Part shown: piece by piece, positions 55,323 to 64,000 of the stretch
How the letters are laid out: the number at the start of each line of letters is the position of its first letter
How positions within the stretch are numbered: the first letter of the stretch is position 1
Source: Acholeplasmataceae bacterium
Lineage (GTDB): Bacteria > Bacillota_I > Bacilli_A > Acholeplasmatales > Acholeplasmataceae
Assembly (NCBI GenBank): GCA_963667565.1
Contig: OY763415.1
Location: 128,001 to 192,000 of the forward strand
Direction of reading: 5' to 3'
DNA length: 64,000 bases
The notes under the pieces: model-generated
The model's database searches: none
The model's input: only the letters and a program-made list of their open reading frames with translations
Told to the model about the DNA's origin: nothing
Translations under genes and position numbers: made by a program

Positions 55323-58300
55323 ATGCCTTCTATCCCGTCTTTATACATAATTCAATGGGGAATTATAGGTTTATTCGTTTTCTTATTTTTCATACTAGGA
55401 ATTCTTAGAGGTGCTCAAAAATCCCTCTATTTTATGGTTATCAATATTGTAACAACATTTTTAGCGCTTTACATCGTGTCAAATTTATCGATTGCTTCAG
55501 CGTTTAGATTTATGGATCAAACAACATACTTAAATATGATTAATCAACAAACAGGAGGTTTGTTAACTGATTATTTAGGTTATATGGATGATCCGCTTAT
55601 CGCTTCAACAGTTTATATTTTTGTTGATTTGGTTTTGAGAATCGTTGGATTTATTATTTTATATCCACTATTAAAACGTATTTTGACATTATTTATCTTT
55701 AGACCTATATGGGCTTTTGGTATTAAAAAAGCAATTATTGCTAAACAAAATAAGTCATTAGAAGTAGAAGCAGCTCAAAAGAATGTGAAATTCAAACCAA
55801 GAAAAAGAATCAAGAAAGGATTTGGTAATAGAATCCTTGGAGGATTATTTGGTGGTGTCGAAGGATTTATCGTTATCTTTATCATTTTAATTCCTTTAAC
55901 AGTGTTTGCATCTTATACAGCAAATATTGATACTGAAGCATTAAGTAGTTCACAATATAGTCAAACTGAACTTGCAAATGGTTCAGTTGCTGGTTTTAAT
56001 ATTCCACCTGAAGTCATAGATTATTTACAACAAGTTCAAGAGATGAATGATCAAGGATTAGCTTCTATTACAAGTCAAGTTAAAATTGGTGGTGTTTCCA
56101 TTGACAGATACATCTTTGATCAAGTATTTACAGTTGATGCTTCAGTCAATGGAGAAGATGTATCCATTAATTTTATTAACGAATTAGATAATATTATTGG
56201 AATTGCAACTGTTTTAGTTAATGGTGGCTATTTAGATCCTAATTTTGATTACACAACAATTTCAACTGATAATTTAGGTGATTTAGAAGCTATTATGCAA
56301 TATGTTGGAAATTCTGATGTGCTTGCATATTTAATTCCAACTGCTGTTAAATATGGTGTTGATAATTTACTCGTTGATCAAATGGGTATTGATTTAACTG
56401 ACCGTGCTGCATCTCAAGCTGCGCTTGATATGTTTTATAACATTGATTGGTCAAATGAATTTGATCGATTATATGCACTTGTTGAATCTGTTTTAACATT
56501 TGGTTCAATAGATGACATTATGAATATCATGAGTGATCCAAATGCACTTGCTTCATTAACACCAGAACAAGGTGTTGCACTTGCAAACATCATTAGAAGT
56601 GCTGGTGATTTAGAAATCTTAAGTTTACTCAATGTTGGTGTTGATTATTTAACAACAATTTCACAAGTCCAAGATCAAATTGGATGGTTAGAAACAAGCA
56701 GTGAAAAAGAAGATTATTTGCAAGAAAAGCTTGCATTCATCTTAGATAATCCCGACTTCTTTGTTGGAGATCAAGGTGAAATCTCACAAATTGCTGGTTT
56801 GATTGAACTTATATTTAGTGATACATATGGTGATACTAATTTAGATCAAATCGTTTCTGCAAATGGTGATATAGCAACTATTTTATCAGTTCAAAATTCT
56901 GATTGGGTATCAGCATTATTCACACAACTTACACAAATTCAAACACTCATGAATACACTTCCAATCGGCGTTGATTTTGCGCTTTATCAAGCTGGTGGTG
57001 ACCAAATTGATGCACAACTCGCTTCAGATTTAGAAACCGCACTAGCTGATATTAATTGGGCAGATGAAACTATGAATTTTGATAATATATATCAAAGTAT
57101 TGTCGAATTAGGTTTAGAACAAATCTTAGTTGATAATCCTGATTATTATGCTTATATGGATTATTTATTAGCAAATAATATGGACGATGTTAGAAATATA
57201 GTCACTTATATTTTTGAAGATTCTGATTTGGTTGGTAATGCTTTAGATACAGTTGCCCCAATTTTAATTAGCAATTATATTACAGATACAGATTTACAAG
57301 CCATTATTGAAAGTATTGTTTTAAATCAAGATGATGAATTCACTTTTAATGTTGGTCAAGAACTTATTAATGTATTAAATATCGCAGAATCTTCTTATCA
57401 ATTTGTAGCACCTTCTGATTTACAAGGTTTCTCACAAATGACTCAAGAAGATCAATTACAAATACTTGCAGCATTTGGACAAATGTCTGATACTGATTAT
57501 CAACAATTCATTACAGCGTTTGGCGATTTACAAATTTTAAATCGTATCAATCAAGATAATGCTCCAGATATCGCTGCTAAATTTAATTTAACAGATACAG
57601 TTTATATTCCAACTACATTTACATTAAGTGATGATGTCGTTTCACTTTTAAGTATGGTTCATGACGTTGGTGTATATTTAAATGATAATTATACTCAAGG
57701 TCAAGATTATCAAGATTTAGATTTAACAAGCTTGTTAACCGTATTAAAGGCGGACTTAACTGATCCAACAAAACGTTCAGATCTCTTATTTTATAACATT
57801 GCAAATTATGCAAAAATTCAATCCGACGGGGGAAGCTTATCCCAATATTTAAGTGTACCTGATAGCTTATTGACAGCAGATGTTGAAAGTCAAGCTTGGT
57901 CAGATGAAATTTCTGCACTCCTTAGCAGTGTCTTTGATATTGCATCAACAGTTGGGCAAACAGATGGTATTACTTTATCAGTTCACGATGTCTTGCTTTA
58001 TAGTAAAGAAGCTTATAGATTACCTGTTGAACTCATCACTCAATTTAGTGATCCAGTGATTGCAAATCAAGCATTTGGTAGTCTAGATAGTTCGCTGATT
58101 TTAAGAACAACCATAGCAAATATGATTGATAGCCAAGGTGAAGGACTTTCAGGATCCTTATTTGGACATGTGATTTCAACACCAGCACATTTAAAAACTG
58201 ATGGTGCATTAAACACTGGTGTATTTGTCGATTTAATTGAAGGATTTGCGACATTTGTTGATGGCATGAATCAAAGTTTAGGATATACACAATTTGGTAA

Positions 58301-61300
58301 TTTCACATTTGATGATTTAAGTCCATATTTTAATGCATTTAATCAAATGGATAATCAAGACATAGAAGCATTGGTAGAATCTGATTTACTCAGAGGCATT
58401 GTTTCAGAAATGTTATTTGATCAAACATTCCAATCATCTTTAGCAGATACCCTTAATAATGCACAAGATATCATAGATTTTCCACAAGATTTCTTTGCAG
58501 TTGATCCAACATTGATTGATGGACCTGTTCTTGTATCAGGTGAAATTACAAATTTATTCATTATGTTTAAAGCATTAGAATTACAAGGCGTTGATGGTTT
58601 CTCATCTATTGGCCTTCAAACATTTACAAATTTAGTTGTTGCTGATCCAGTGACAGGTGAAGATAAGTTTGATGAATTCTTTGCTTCAAATTATATTTAT
58701 ACAATTATTGATAAAGTACTTCAATTAGATAGTATTAGTTCATATGTTTCAACCTTGTTAGGCGATTCACTTGGAGCTGATTTCTCTACACTCGATTTAT
58801 CAATTCCAGATGCTATGTTAGGACAAACTTCTGAATTAGTTGCTGGAGATATAGGTGCGGTTGAAGTTGGTAGAATTCCAAAAGCTGAGTTTAGAAGAAT
58901 TTTCGAATCATTAAACGCACTTGGCGATATGTCTACAATAGGATTAGAAACATTTACGAATATGATTGATCCTTCTCAAACACAAGATGATTTTTCAACA
59001 TTTATTGCCTCTGATTTCATCTATGTTGTCCTTAGTCGTCTGATTGGTAATGAAGGATTTAGCAGTTATGCTGAAGATGCACTTTCAGGTGCATTTGGAA
59101 ATGATCCAATTACTTTAGACTTAAGTGTTCCAACTGATGCACTTGGTACAACAGATGTAGAAGATGGTTTTATTACAAGAACAGAATTAAGAAACTTAAT
59201 GGTTTCATTTAAGATGTTAGGTTTTGGTGGTGAGTCCGCACTTGATGTTGCAACCATCATCAATATGCCAACTTTAAACACATATTCACAAACAGAAGAT
59301 GATTTAAACATTTTCTTAAATAGTATTTACTTAAGAAATATGATGAGTCAAATGCTGTTATCACCAACCATCATCGATATGATTGGTGCTGGTCAGTTCA
59401 CATCTGTTGAATTTGATTTACCACTTAACGCATATGATCCAATCATCACAGATAGACTTGCTAAACAACAAATCCATCTCTTATTTGATAGTTTGATTTT
59501 ATTAGGTATTGGTAATTTTGAAAGTATGGATTTAGGCATTGACACTGTCACAAGTTTAACAAGTGTTGAACAACAACAATTGCTTGACTCGCTATATTTA
59601 TATGAAGTGATTGACTTAATGATTAAAGCACAAGAAGCAACCAATCCTGGAGATACTGGTTTAACCATTCCTCTTGATGCGTATGTGACTGGTGGTTATT
59701 ATGATCAAATGATTTCACAAAATGAAATACTTGCTATTCTTGGTGTATTTAACATTGTAGGTAGTGATCCACAAGCCATTGATCCAAATACCATTACAAC
59801 ATCTGATTTGATGGATGTGTTAGATTTAGGTTCAGTTATTATCAATCAAATGATTTCTGATCAAATTGAAACTGCATTAACGATTGATAACACAACCATT
59901 CCAGAAGCTTATGTAACAACTATCGGTGTTGATCGTATTAAAGATATGGAAATGAAAGCTTTAATTGAAGCAATGAATGTCATCGGTTTAAGTGATTTAT
60001 CAGGATCATTTGCAGTTGATAGTCTAGGACTTTCTGATTTACAAGATCTTCATTACTTAGGTTTAGGTACAGATCCTGTTATTGATACATATAATTCATA
60101 TATCATCCACAATATGATTTCAGAACAAGTTGAAACAGCATTATCATTTGATGAAACAACACTTCCTGAAGCATATACAAATGCATCAGGTGAATATCGA
60201 ATCTTACCTGATGAAATCCAAGCGATGATTGTTGCGATGTCTGAAATGGGTATTACCGATTTACAAGCATCATTTAGTGCTGATAACTTAACTGTAAGTC
60301 AACTTCAAAATGTTCATTATGTTGGACTTGGAATTGATCCATTAGGAGATACTTATAATTCATATATCATTCATAGATTGATTTCTGATGGTGTTAAAGG
60401 TATACTTACAAATCTACCTTCAACTGTTTATATGTCAAATAATGATATAAAAGCAGCTGAAATCCAAGGTGTTATTGATGCCATTGGTATTTTAAATAAT
60501 GATCCAAATGCTTCGTTATCTGGAATGTCATTTGCAAACACTGGTTTAACTGCAGGTAAGATTGAAAGTCTCCTTGATTTAAATTCATTAATTATTGATC
60601 GTCAAATCTCAGATGGTATCATTTCAGCTCACTTAGATGTTTTAGAAGCTTATGCGATATCTGGAGATTATAATTATGATAGTTTAAATGCAACGGGTGA
60701 TTTAAAGATTACTGAAATGTATGCTTTAGTTGCAGCGATGTCAGAAATGGGTATTACTGATTTATCTGGATCATTTGATCCAAATAGTATTACAGTTGCT
60801 AAACTTCAAAATCTTCATTATATCGGTTTAGGTACAGATCCAATCTTAGATCAATTTGATTCATATATTGTTCACCATATGGTCTCTGATGGTATTAGTA
60901 GTGCACTCACAAATCTTCCATCAACAATCTTTATGGCAAATGGTGATATTATTCCAGCTGAAGTTCAAGGTGTCATTAGTGCGATTGGTATATTAAATAA
61001 CGATCCAAATGCATCACTTGGTGCAATGTCATTTGCAAATGCAGGATTAACACCAACGAAGATTGAAAATCTACTAGACTTAAATTCATTAATCATTGAT
61101 CGTCAAATCTCAGAAGGTATCATTTCTGCAAGTCTTGATGTCTCTGAAGCATATGCAATCTCTGGTGATTTCAATTATGATAGTTTATATGCAACAGGTG
61201 ATTTAAAAGTTTCTGAAATGTATGCATTAGTAGAAGCAATGAATATTATGGGCTTATCAGATCTAACAGGATCATTTGATCCAAGTTCAATTACTGTTTC

Positions 61301-62489
61301 TAATTTACAAGACCTTCACTATGTTGGTTTAGGTACAGATCCATTACTTGATACTTACGATTCATATATTGTTCATCACATGATTTCTGATGGTATTGCT
61401 TCATCACTTACAAATAGACCTTCAACAGTTTATATGGCAAATGGAGATATTCTTGCAGCAGAAGTACAAGGCGTTATTAGTGCCATTGGTATTTTAAATA
61501 ATGATCCAAATGCAACGCTTGCGACCATGTCATTTGCAAATTCAGGATTAACACCAGCGAAGATGGAATCACTTCTTGATTTAGGATCACTCATTATCGA
61601 TCGTCAAATCTCAGAAGGTATCATCACCGCATCACTTGATGTCCCTGAAGCATATGCAATCTCTGGCGATTATAACTTTGATACTTTATATGCAACAGGT
61701 GATTTAAAAGTCGCTGAAATGTATGCTTTAGTAGAAGCAATGAATATCATGGGCTTATCAGATTTAACAGGTTCATTTGCAGCAGATCAAATCACCATTG
61801 ATAAATTACAGTTACTACATTATGTAGGTTTAGGTGTAGATCCACTAGTTGATACATATAATTCATATATGGTACATAATATGTTATCAGATGCAATGGA
61901 TAATGCTTTAGATGTTCCAACGAATGGTTATATGGGTTCAGGTTATATGTTAGCAGCTGAAATCCAAGGTGTCATCGATGCACTTAATATTATAAGCAGT
62001 GATCCAAATGATACATTATCAGATATTATGCCAATTAATGATAACTCAATCTTTACAGCAGCAACATTAGAGTCATTATTAGATATCAACACACTTACAA
62101 TCTATAGATTGGTTGCTAAAGGTATTATTGATAGCGGTATTGCAACACTAGAATCAAGAGCTGAATTAGGTGATGTAAACTACGATTCAAATGCCATTGG
62201 TGAAGATCTAAAAGTTGCTGAAATGTATGGATTAGTCACTTCAATGAATCTATTAGGTATTTCAGATGTAACACAAGTATCAAGTATTAATTATGCTTCA
62301 GTGATGGACTTAAGTGATGCTGAAGTTGATCAAATCTTAGATAATTCTAATACGATTACTTACTATATTATTGATGATGTCATTGATCCAGCAGATAATT
62401 TATTCCCAGGTCAATACTTCACTGATTTAAATGGTGATACTAGAATCATTAGAACAACTCTTATTACATTCATTAAAAATAACAACTAA
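55323..62489 (+). CDS. Giant (2388 aa) acidic membrane-anchored protein with CvpA-like N-terminal TM domain and C-terminal tandem repeats
   Basis: Uninterrupted ORF with RBS AGAAAGGT. N-terminal TMs carry LGILRG and NRILGGLFGGVEG (CvpA-like). The ectodomain is rich in D, S, L and I. Confidence 0.8.
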   Translation: MPSIPSLYIIQWGIIGLFVFLFFILGILRGAQKSLYFMVINIVTTFLALYIVSNLSIASAFRFMDQTTYLNMINQQTGGLLTDYLGYMDDPLIASTVYIFVDLVLRIVGFIILYPLLKRILTLFIFRPIWAFGIKKAIIAKQNKSLEVEAAQKNVKFKPRKRIKKGFGNRILGGLFGGVEGFIVIFIILIPLTVFASYTANIDTEALSSSQYSQTELANGSVAGFNIPPEVIDYLQQVQEMNDQGLASITSQVKIGGVSIDRYIFDQVFTVDASVNGEDVSINFINELDNIIGIATVLVNGGYLDPNFDYTTISTDNLGDLEAIMQYVGNSDVLAYLIPTAVKYGVDNLLVDQMGIDLTDRAASQAALDMFYNIDWSNEFDRLYALVESVLTFGSIDDIMNIMSDPNALASLTPEQGVALANIIRSAGDLEILSLLNVGVDYLTTISQVQDQIGWLETSSEKEDYLQEKLAFILDNPDFFVGDQGEISQIAGLIELIFSDTYGDTNLDQIVSANGDIATILSVQNSDWVSALFTQLTQIQTLMNTLPIGVDFALYQAGGDQIDAQLASDLETALADINWADETMNFDNIYQSIVELGLEQILVDNPDYYAYMDYLLANNMDDVRNIVTYIFEDSDLVGNALDTVAPILISNYITDTDLQAIIESIVLNQDDEFTFNVGQELINVLNIAESSYQFVAPSDLQGFSQMTQEDQLQILAAFGQMSDTDYQQFITAFGDLQILNRINQDNAPDIAAKFNLTDTVYIPTTFTLSDDVVSLLSMVHDVGVYLNDNYTQGQDYQDLDLTSLLTVLKADLTDPTKRSDLLFYNIANYAKIQSDGGSLSQYLSVPDSLLTADVESQAWSDEISALLSSVFDIASTVGQTDGITLSVHDVLLYSKEAYRLPVELITQFSDPVIANQAFGSLDSSLILRTTIANMIDSQGEGLSGSLFGHVISTPAHLKTDGALNTGVFVDLIEGFATFVDGMNQSLGYTQFGNFTFDDLSPYFNAFNQMDNQDIEALVESDLLRGIVSEMLFDQTFQSSLADTLNNAQDIIDFPQDFFAVDPTLIDGPVLVSGEITNLFIMFKALELQGVDGFSSIGLQTFTNLVVADPVTGEDKFDEFFASNYIYTIIDKVLQLDSISSYVSTLLGDSLGADFSTLDLSIPDAMLGQTSELVAGDIGAVEVGRIPKAEFRRIFESLNALGDMSTIGLETFTNMIDPSQTQDDFSTFIASDFIYVVLSRLIGNEGFSSYAEDALSGAFGNDPITLDLSVPTDALGTTDVEDGFITRTELRNLMVSFKMLGFGGESALDVATIINMPTLNTYSQTEDDLNIFLNSIYLRNMMSQMLLSPTIIDMIGAGQFTSVEFDLPLNAYDPIITDRLAKQQIHLLFDSLILLGIGNFESMDLGIDTVTSLTSVEQQQLLDSLYLYEVIDLMIKAQEATNPGDTGLTIPLDAYVTGGYYDQMISQNEILAILGVFNIVGSDPQAIDPNTITTSDLMDVLDLGSVIINQMISDQIETALTIDNTTIPEAYVTTIGVDRIKDMEMKALIEAMNVIGLSDLSGSFAVDSLGLSDLQDLHYLGLGTDPVIDTYNSYIIHNMISEQVETALSFDETTLPEAYTNASGEYRILPDEIQAMIVAMSEMGITDLQASFSADNLTVSQLQNVHYVGLGIDPLGDTYNSYIIHRLISDGVKGILTNLPSTVYMSNNDIKAAEIQGVIDAIGILNNDPNASLSGMSFANTGLTAGKIESLLDLNSLIIDRQISDGIISAHLDVLEAYAISGDYNYDSLNATGDLKITEMYALVAAMSEMGITDLSGSFDPNSITVAKLQNLHYIGLGTDPILDQFDSYIVHHMVSDGISSALTNLPSTIFMANGDIIPAEVQGVISAIGILNNDPNASLGAMSFANAGLTPTKIENLLDLNSLIIDRQISEGIISASLDVSEAYAISGDFNYDSLYATGDLKVSEMYALVEAMNIMGLSDLTGSFDPSSITVSNLQDLHYVGLGTDPLLDTYDSYIVHHMISDGIASSLTNRPSTVYMANGDILAAEVQGVISAIGILNNDPNATLATMSFANSGLTPAKMESLLDLGSLIIDRQISEGIITASLDVPEAYAISGDYNFDTLYATGDLKVAEMYALVEAMNIMGLSDLTGSFAADQITIDKLQLLHYVGLGVDPLVDTYNSYMVHNMLSDAMDNALDVPTNGYMGSGYMLAAEIQGVIDALNIISSDPNDTLSDIMPINDNSIFTAATLESLLDINTLTIYRLVAKGIIDSGIATLESRAELGDVNYDSNAIGEDLKVAEMYGLVTSMNLLGISDVTQVSSINYASVMDLSDAEVDQILDNSNTITYYIIDDVIDPADNLFPGQYFTDLNGDTRIIRTTLITFIKNNN
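60249..62255 (+). repeat. Intragenic tandem repeat, 501-bp (167-aa) unit x3 plus a diverged 4th
   Basis: Units start at 60249, 60750, 61251 and 61752. CGTCAAATCTCAGA recurs at 60600, 61101 and 61602. Confidence 0.9.
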
Positions 62490-62504
62490 GATAAATACAT
62501 CATT

Positions 62505-62533
62505 AAGGTAATCTTCGGATTACCTTTTTTTTT
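62505..62533 (+). terminator. Terminator after the giant gene (cUUCGg tetraloop)
   Basis: AAGGTAATC-TTCG-GATTACCTT plus T-run. Confidence 0.9.
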
Positions 62534-62535
62534 GC

Positions 62536-62569
62536 AAAAAAAAAGACTGAATCAAATGATTCAGCCCTT
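62536..62569 (-). terminator. Terminator after pfk
   Basis: Minus strand reads AGGGCTGAATCA-TT-TGATTCAGTCTTTTTTTTT. Confidence 0.8.
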
Positions 62570-62572
62570 AGA

Positions 62573-63817
62573 TTATTTCTTAGGTACTCTAATTTTCTTA
62601 AGTTGAGCAAATCTTGGAAGACCATCTTCAAGTTTAGCTTTTTCATCACCTTGAATCAGTGGAAGTGCATAATCAATAAATTCTTGAGTAAGTCCTTGAC
62701 CATGAGGTTTAATCCATTCAAGTGGCACTTTTTGTTCAGTGTTTGCAGCTTTAGTTAAAGGAATTTTAACATACTTAATTTTATAAGGATTAGATGAAAT
62801 ACGTTTAAATCCAATCATGCGGTCAGTTGTACCAGTAACAGCAGCTTTAACGGCTCTCTTACCAGCTTCAAATGCTTCTTTTACATCAACTTTTGATGCT
62901 AAATGAGCTGCAGATCTTTGGATGAGTGAAAATTCAATAGCACGAACTTTTAAATCGAAATTATTTTTAACAGCATCTGCTAATGCTTGAGCAGCTCCAC
63001 CTAATTGAGCATGACCAAACGCATCAGTTTTTAACTCTCCAAATAATTCTGGTAAATATTTACCATCTTTTGTTTTCACACCTTCAGAAATGGCAACGAT
63101 GGCTTTACCTTTAGTTTCAATGACTTGTTTTAAATCAGCCATGAATTCATCTGTATCAAATGGAACTTCTGGTAAATAAGTTAAGTCAGGACCAGCACCT
63201 TTATAAGATGCAAGTGCTGAAGCAGCAACTAACCAACCAGCGTTTCTACCCATGACTTCAACGATCGTTACTTGAGGGATATCATAAACCATAGCATCAT
63301 GATATAATTCCATAAATGTGGTTGCAACATATTTAGCAGCACTACCATAACCAGGTGAGTGGTCAGTCACATTTAAGTCATTATCAATTGTTTTTGGAAC
63401 ACCCATGACATTGCAATCCCAACCAGCATTTTTAAAATACTTGCTGATCTTATTACATGTATCCATAGAGTCATTACCACCGTTATAGAAGAAATAACGA
63501 ATGTTATATTTTCTAAATACTTCTAGTAAACGCGCATATTCACTATCATCTTTTTTAAGATTTTTTAATTTATAACGTACACTACCAATAGATGATGAAG
63601 GTGTATTCTTTAATCTCAATAATTCTTCTTTATCTTCTTTAGAGATGTCATAGAATTCTTCATTAAGAATACCTCTAATACCATGAACAGCACCGTATAC
63701 ATCAGTTATGTTTTCTTGATTTAATGCTTCAAGAAAAACGCCAGCTGCACTTGCATTGATGACACTTGTAGGTCCACCAGATTGTCCAAGTAAAGCGGCA
63801 CCTTTTAAATTCTTCAT
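62573..63817 (-). CDS. pfkA: 6-phosphofructokinase, probably pyrophosphate-dependent
   Basis: QSGGPTSVIN, GGNDSMDT, PKTIDND, EVMGRNAGW and DAFGHAQLG. Start is likely ATG 63817. Confidence 0.9.
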   Translation of the reverse strand: MKNLKGAALLGQSGGPTSVINASAAGVFLEALNQENITDVYGAVHGIRGILNEEFYDISKEDKEELLRLKNTPSSSIGSVRYKLKNLKKDDSEYARLLEVFRKYNIRYFFYNGGNDSMDTCNKISKYFKNAGWDCNVMGVPKTIDNDLNVTDHSPGYGSAAKYVATTFMELYHDAMVYDIPQVTIVEVMGRNAGWLVAASALASYKGAGPDLTYLPEVPFDTDEFMADLKQVIETKGKAIVAISEGVKTKDGKYLPELFGELKTDAFGHAQLGGAAQALADAVKNNFDLKVRAIEFSLIQRSAAHLASKVDVKEAFEAGKRAVKAAVTGTTDRMIGFKRISSNPYKIKYVKIPLTKAANTEQKVPLEWIKPHGQGLTQEFIDYALPLIQGDEKAKLEDGLPRFAQLKKIRVPKK

Positions 63818-63988
63818 ATAAAATACCACCAGTTCTTTTTTCTTTTATTTTACCATAAACGATGCAAAATCAAAGATAAAATCGTTTTCATTATTTAATG
63901 AAAAATTATGGTAACTTTAAACAACACCAGTTTTTTTATGTTATAATATCTTTGATGTAGCAAAATCTTTTAAGAGGAGATGTCACAC

Positions 63989-64000
63989 ATGAAAATAGCA
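63989..64000 (+). CDS. Start of next gene (MKIA..., truncated by window)
   Basis: RBS AGAGGAG at 63973-63979 then ATG AAA ATA GCA; TG-T-TATAAT upstream near 63940. Confidence 0.5.

Noticed and set aside
60249..62255. CRISPR array or mobile element in the repeated DNA
   Set aside because: The repeats are in-frame 501-bp coding units with synonymous divergence and no spacers. No cas, transposase or integrase gene was seen anywhere in the window.

Overview
A low-GC, gene-dense core chromosomal window using the standard genetic code (TGA = stop). Gene content, many lipobox lipoproteins, PPi-type PFK and no cell-wall genes suggest a free-living Acholeplasmatales/Izemoplasmatales-like Bacillota/Mollicute (inference). 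In order it holds: the end of the atp operon; housekeeping genes (cca, yhaM, walJ-like, rlmH, two degV); a 1000-aa lipoprotein that looks like two PrsA modules in tandem; padR with a membrane partner; a shikimate-to-tyrosine operon; a multimeric [FeFe]-hydrogenase operon with an embedded DRTGG/kinase/PHP cassette and an ABC tail; a LacI-controlled cellobiose-type operon (SBP, fused double permease, GH94, GH1); recG-plsX-rnc-dnaD-nth; an XRE regulator next to a heterodimeric ABC exporter; an Ig-like repeat protein; flavodoxin; dnaE; a CDF transporter; a 2388-aa CvpA-anchored repeat protein; and pfk. I saw no rRNA, tRNA, CRISPR array or mobile element. The best candidate for an undescribed system is absent from the ORF track: a 17-aa Tyr-rich leader peptide (MLNILKSVFYYAYYYKK, 15308-15361) with mutually exclusive antiterminator/terminator pairings ahead of the aro/tyrA operon, i.e. 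a tyrosine-sensing ribosome-stalling attenuator. The second candidate is a 3'-end hairpin of the cellobiose operon whose loop and arm are antisense to the RBS of that operon's own lacI gene. All calls come from reading motifs by eye, with no database searches.
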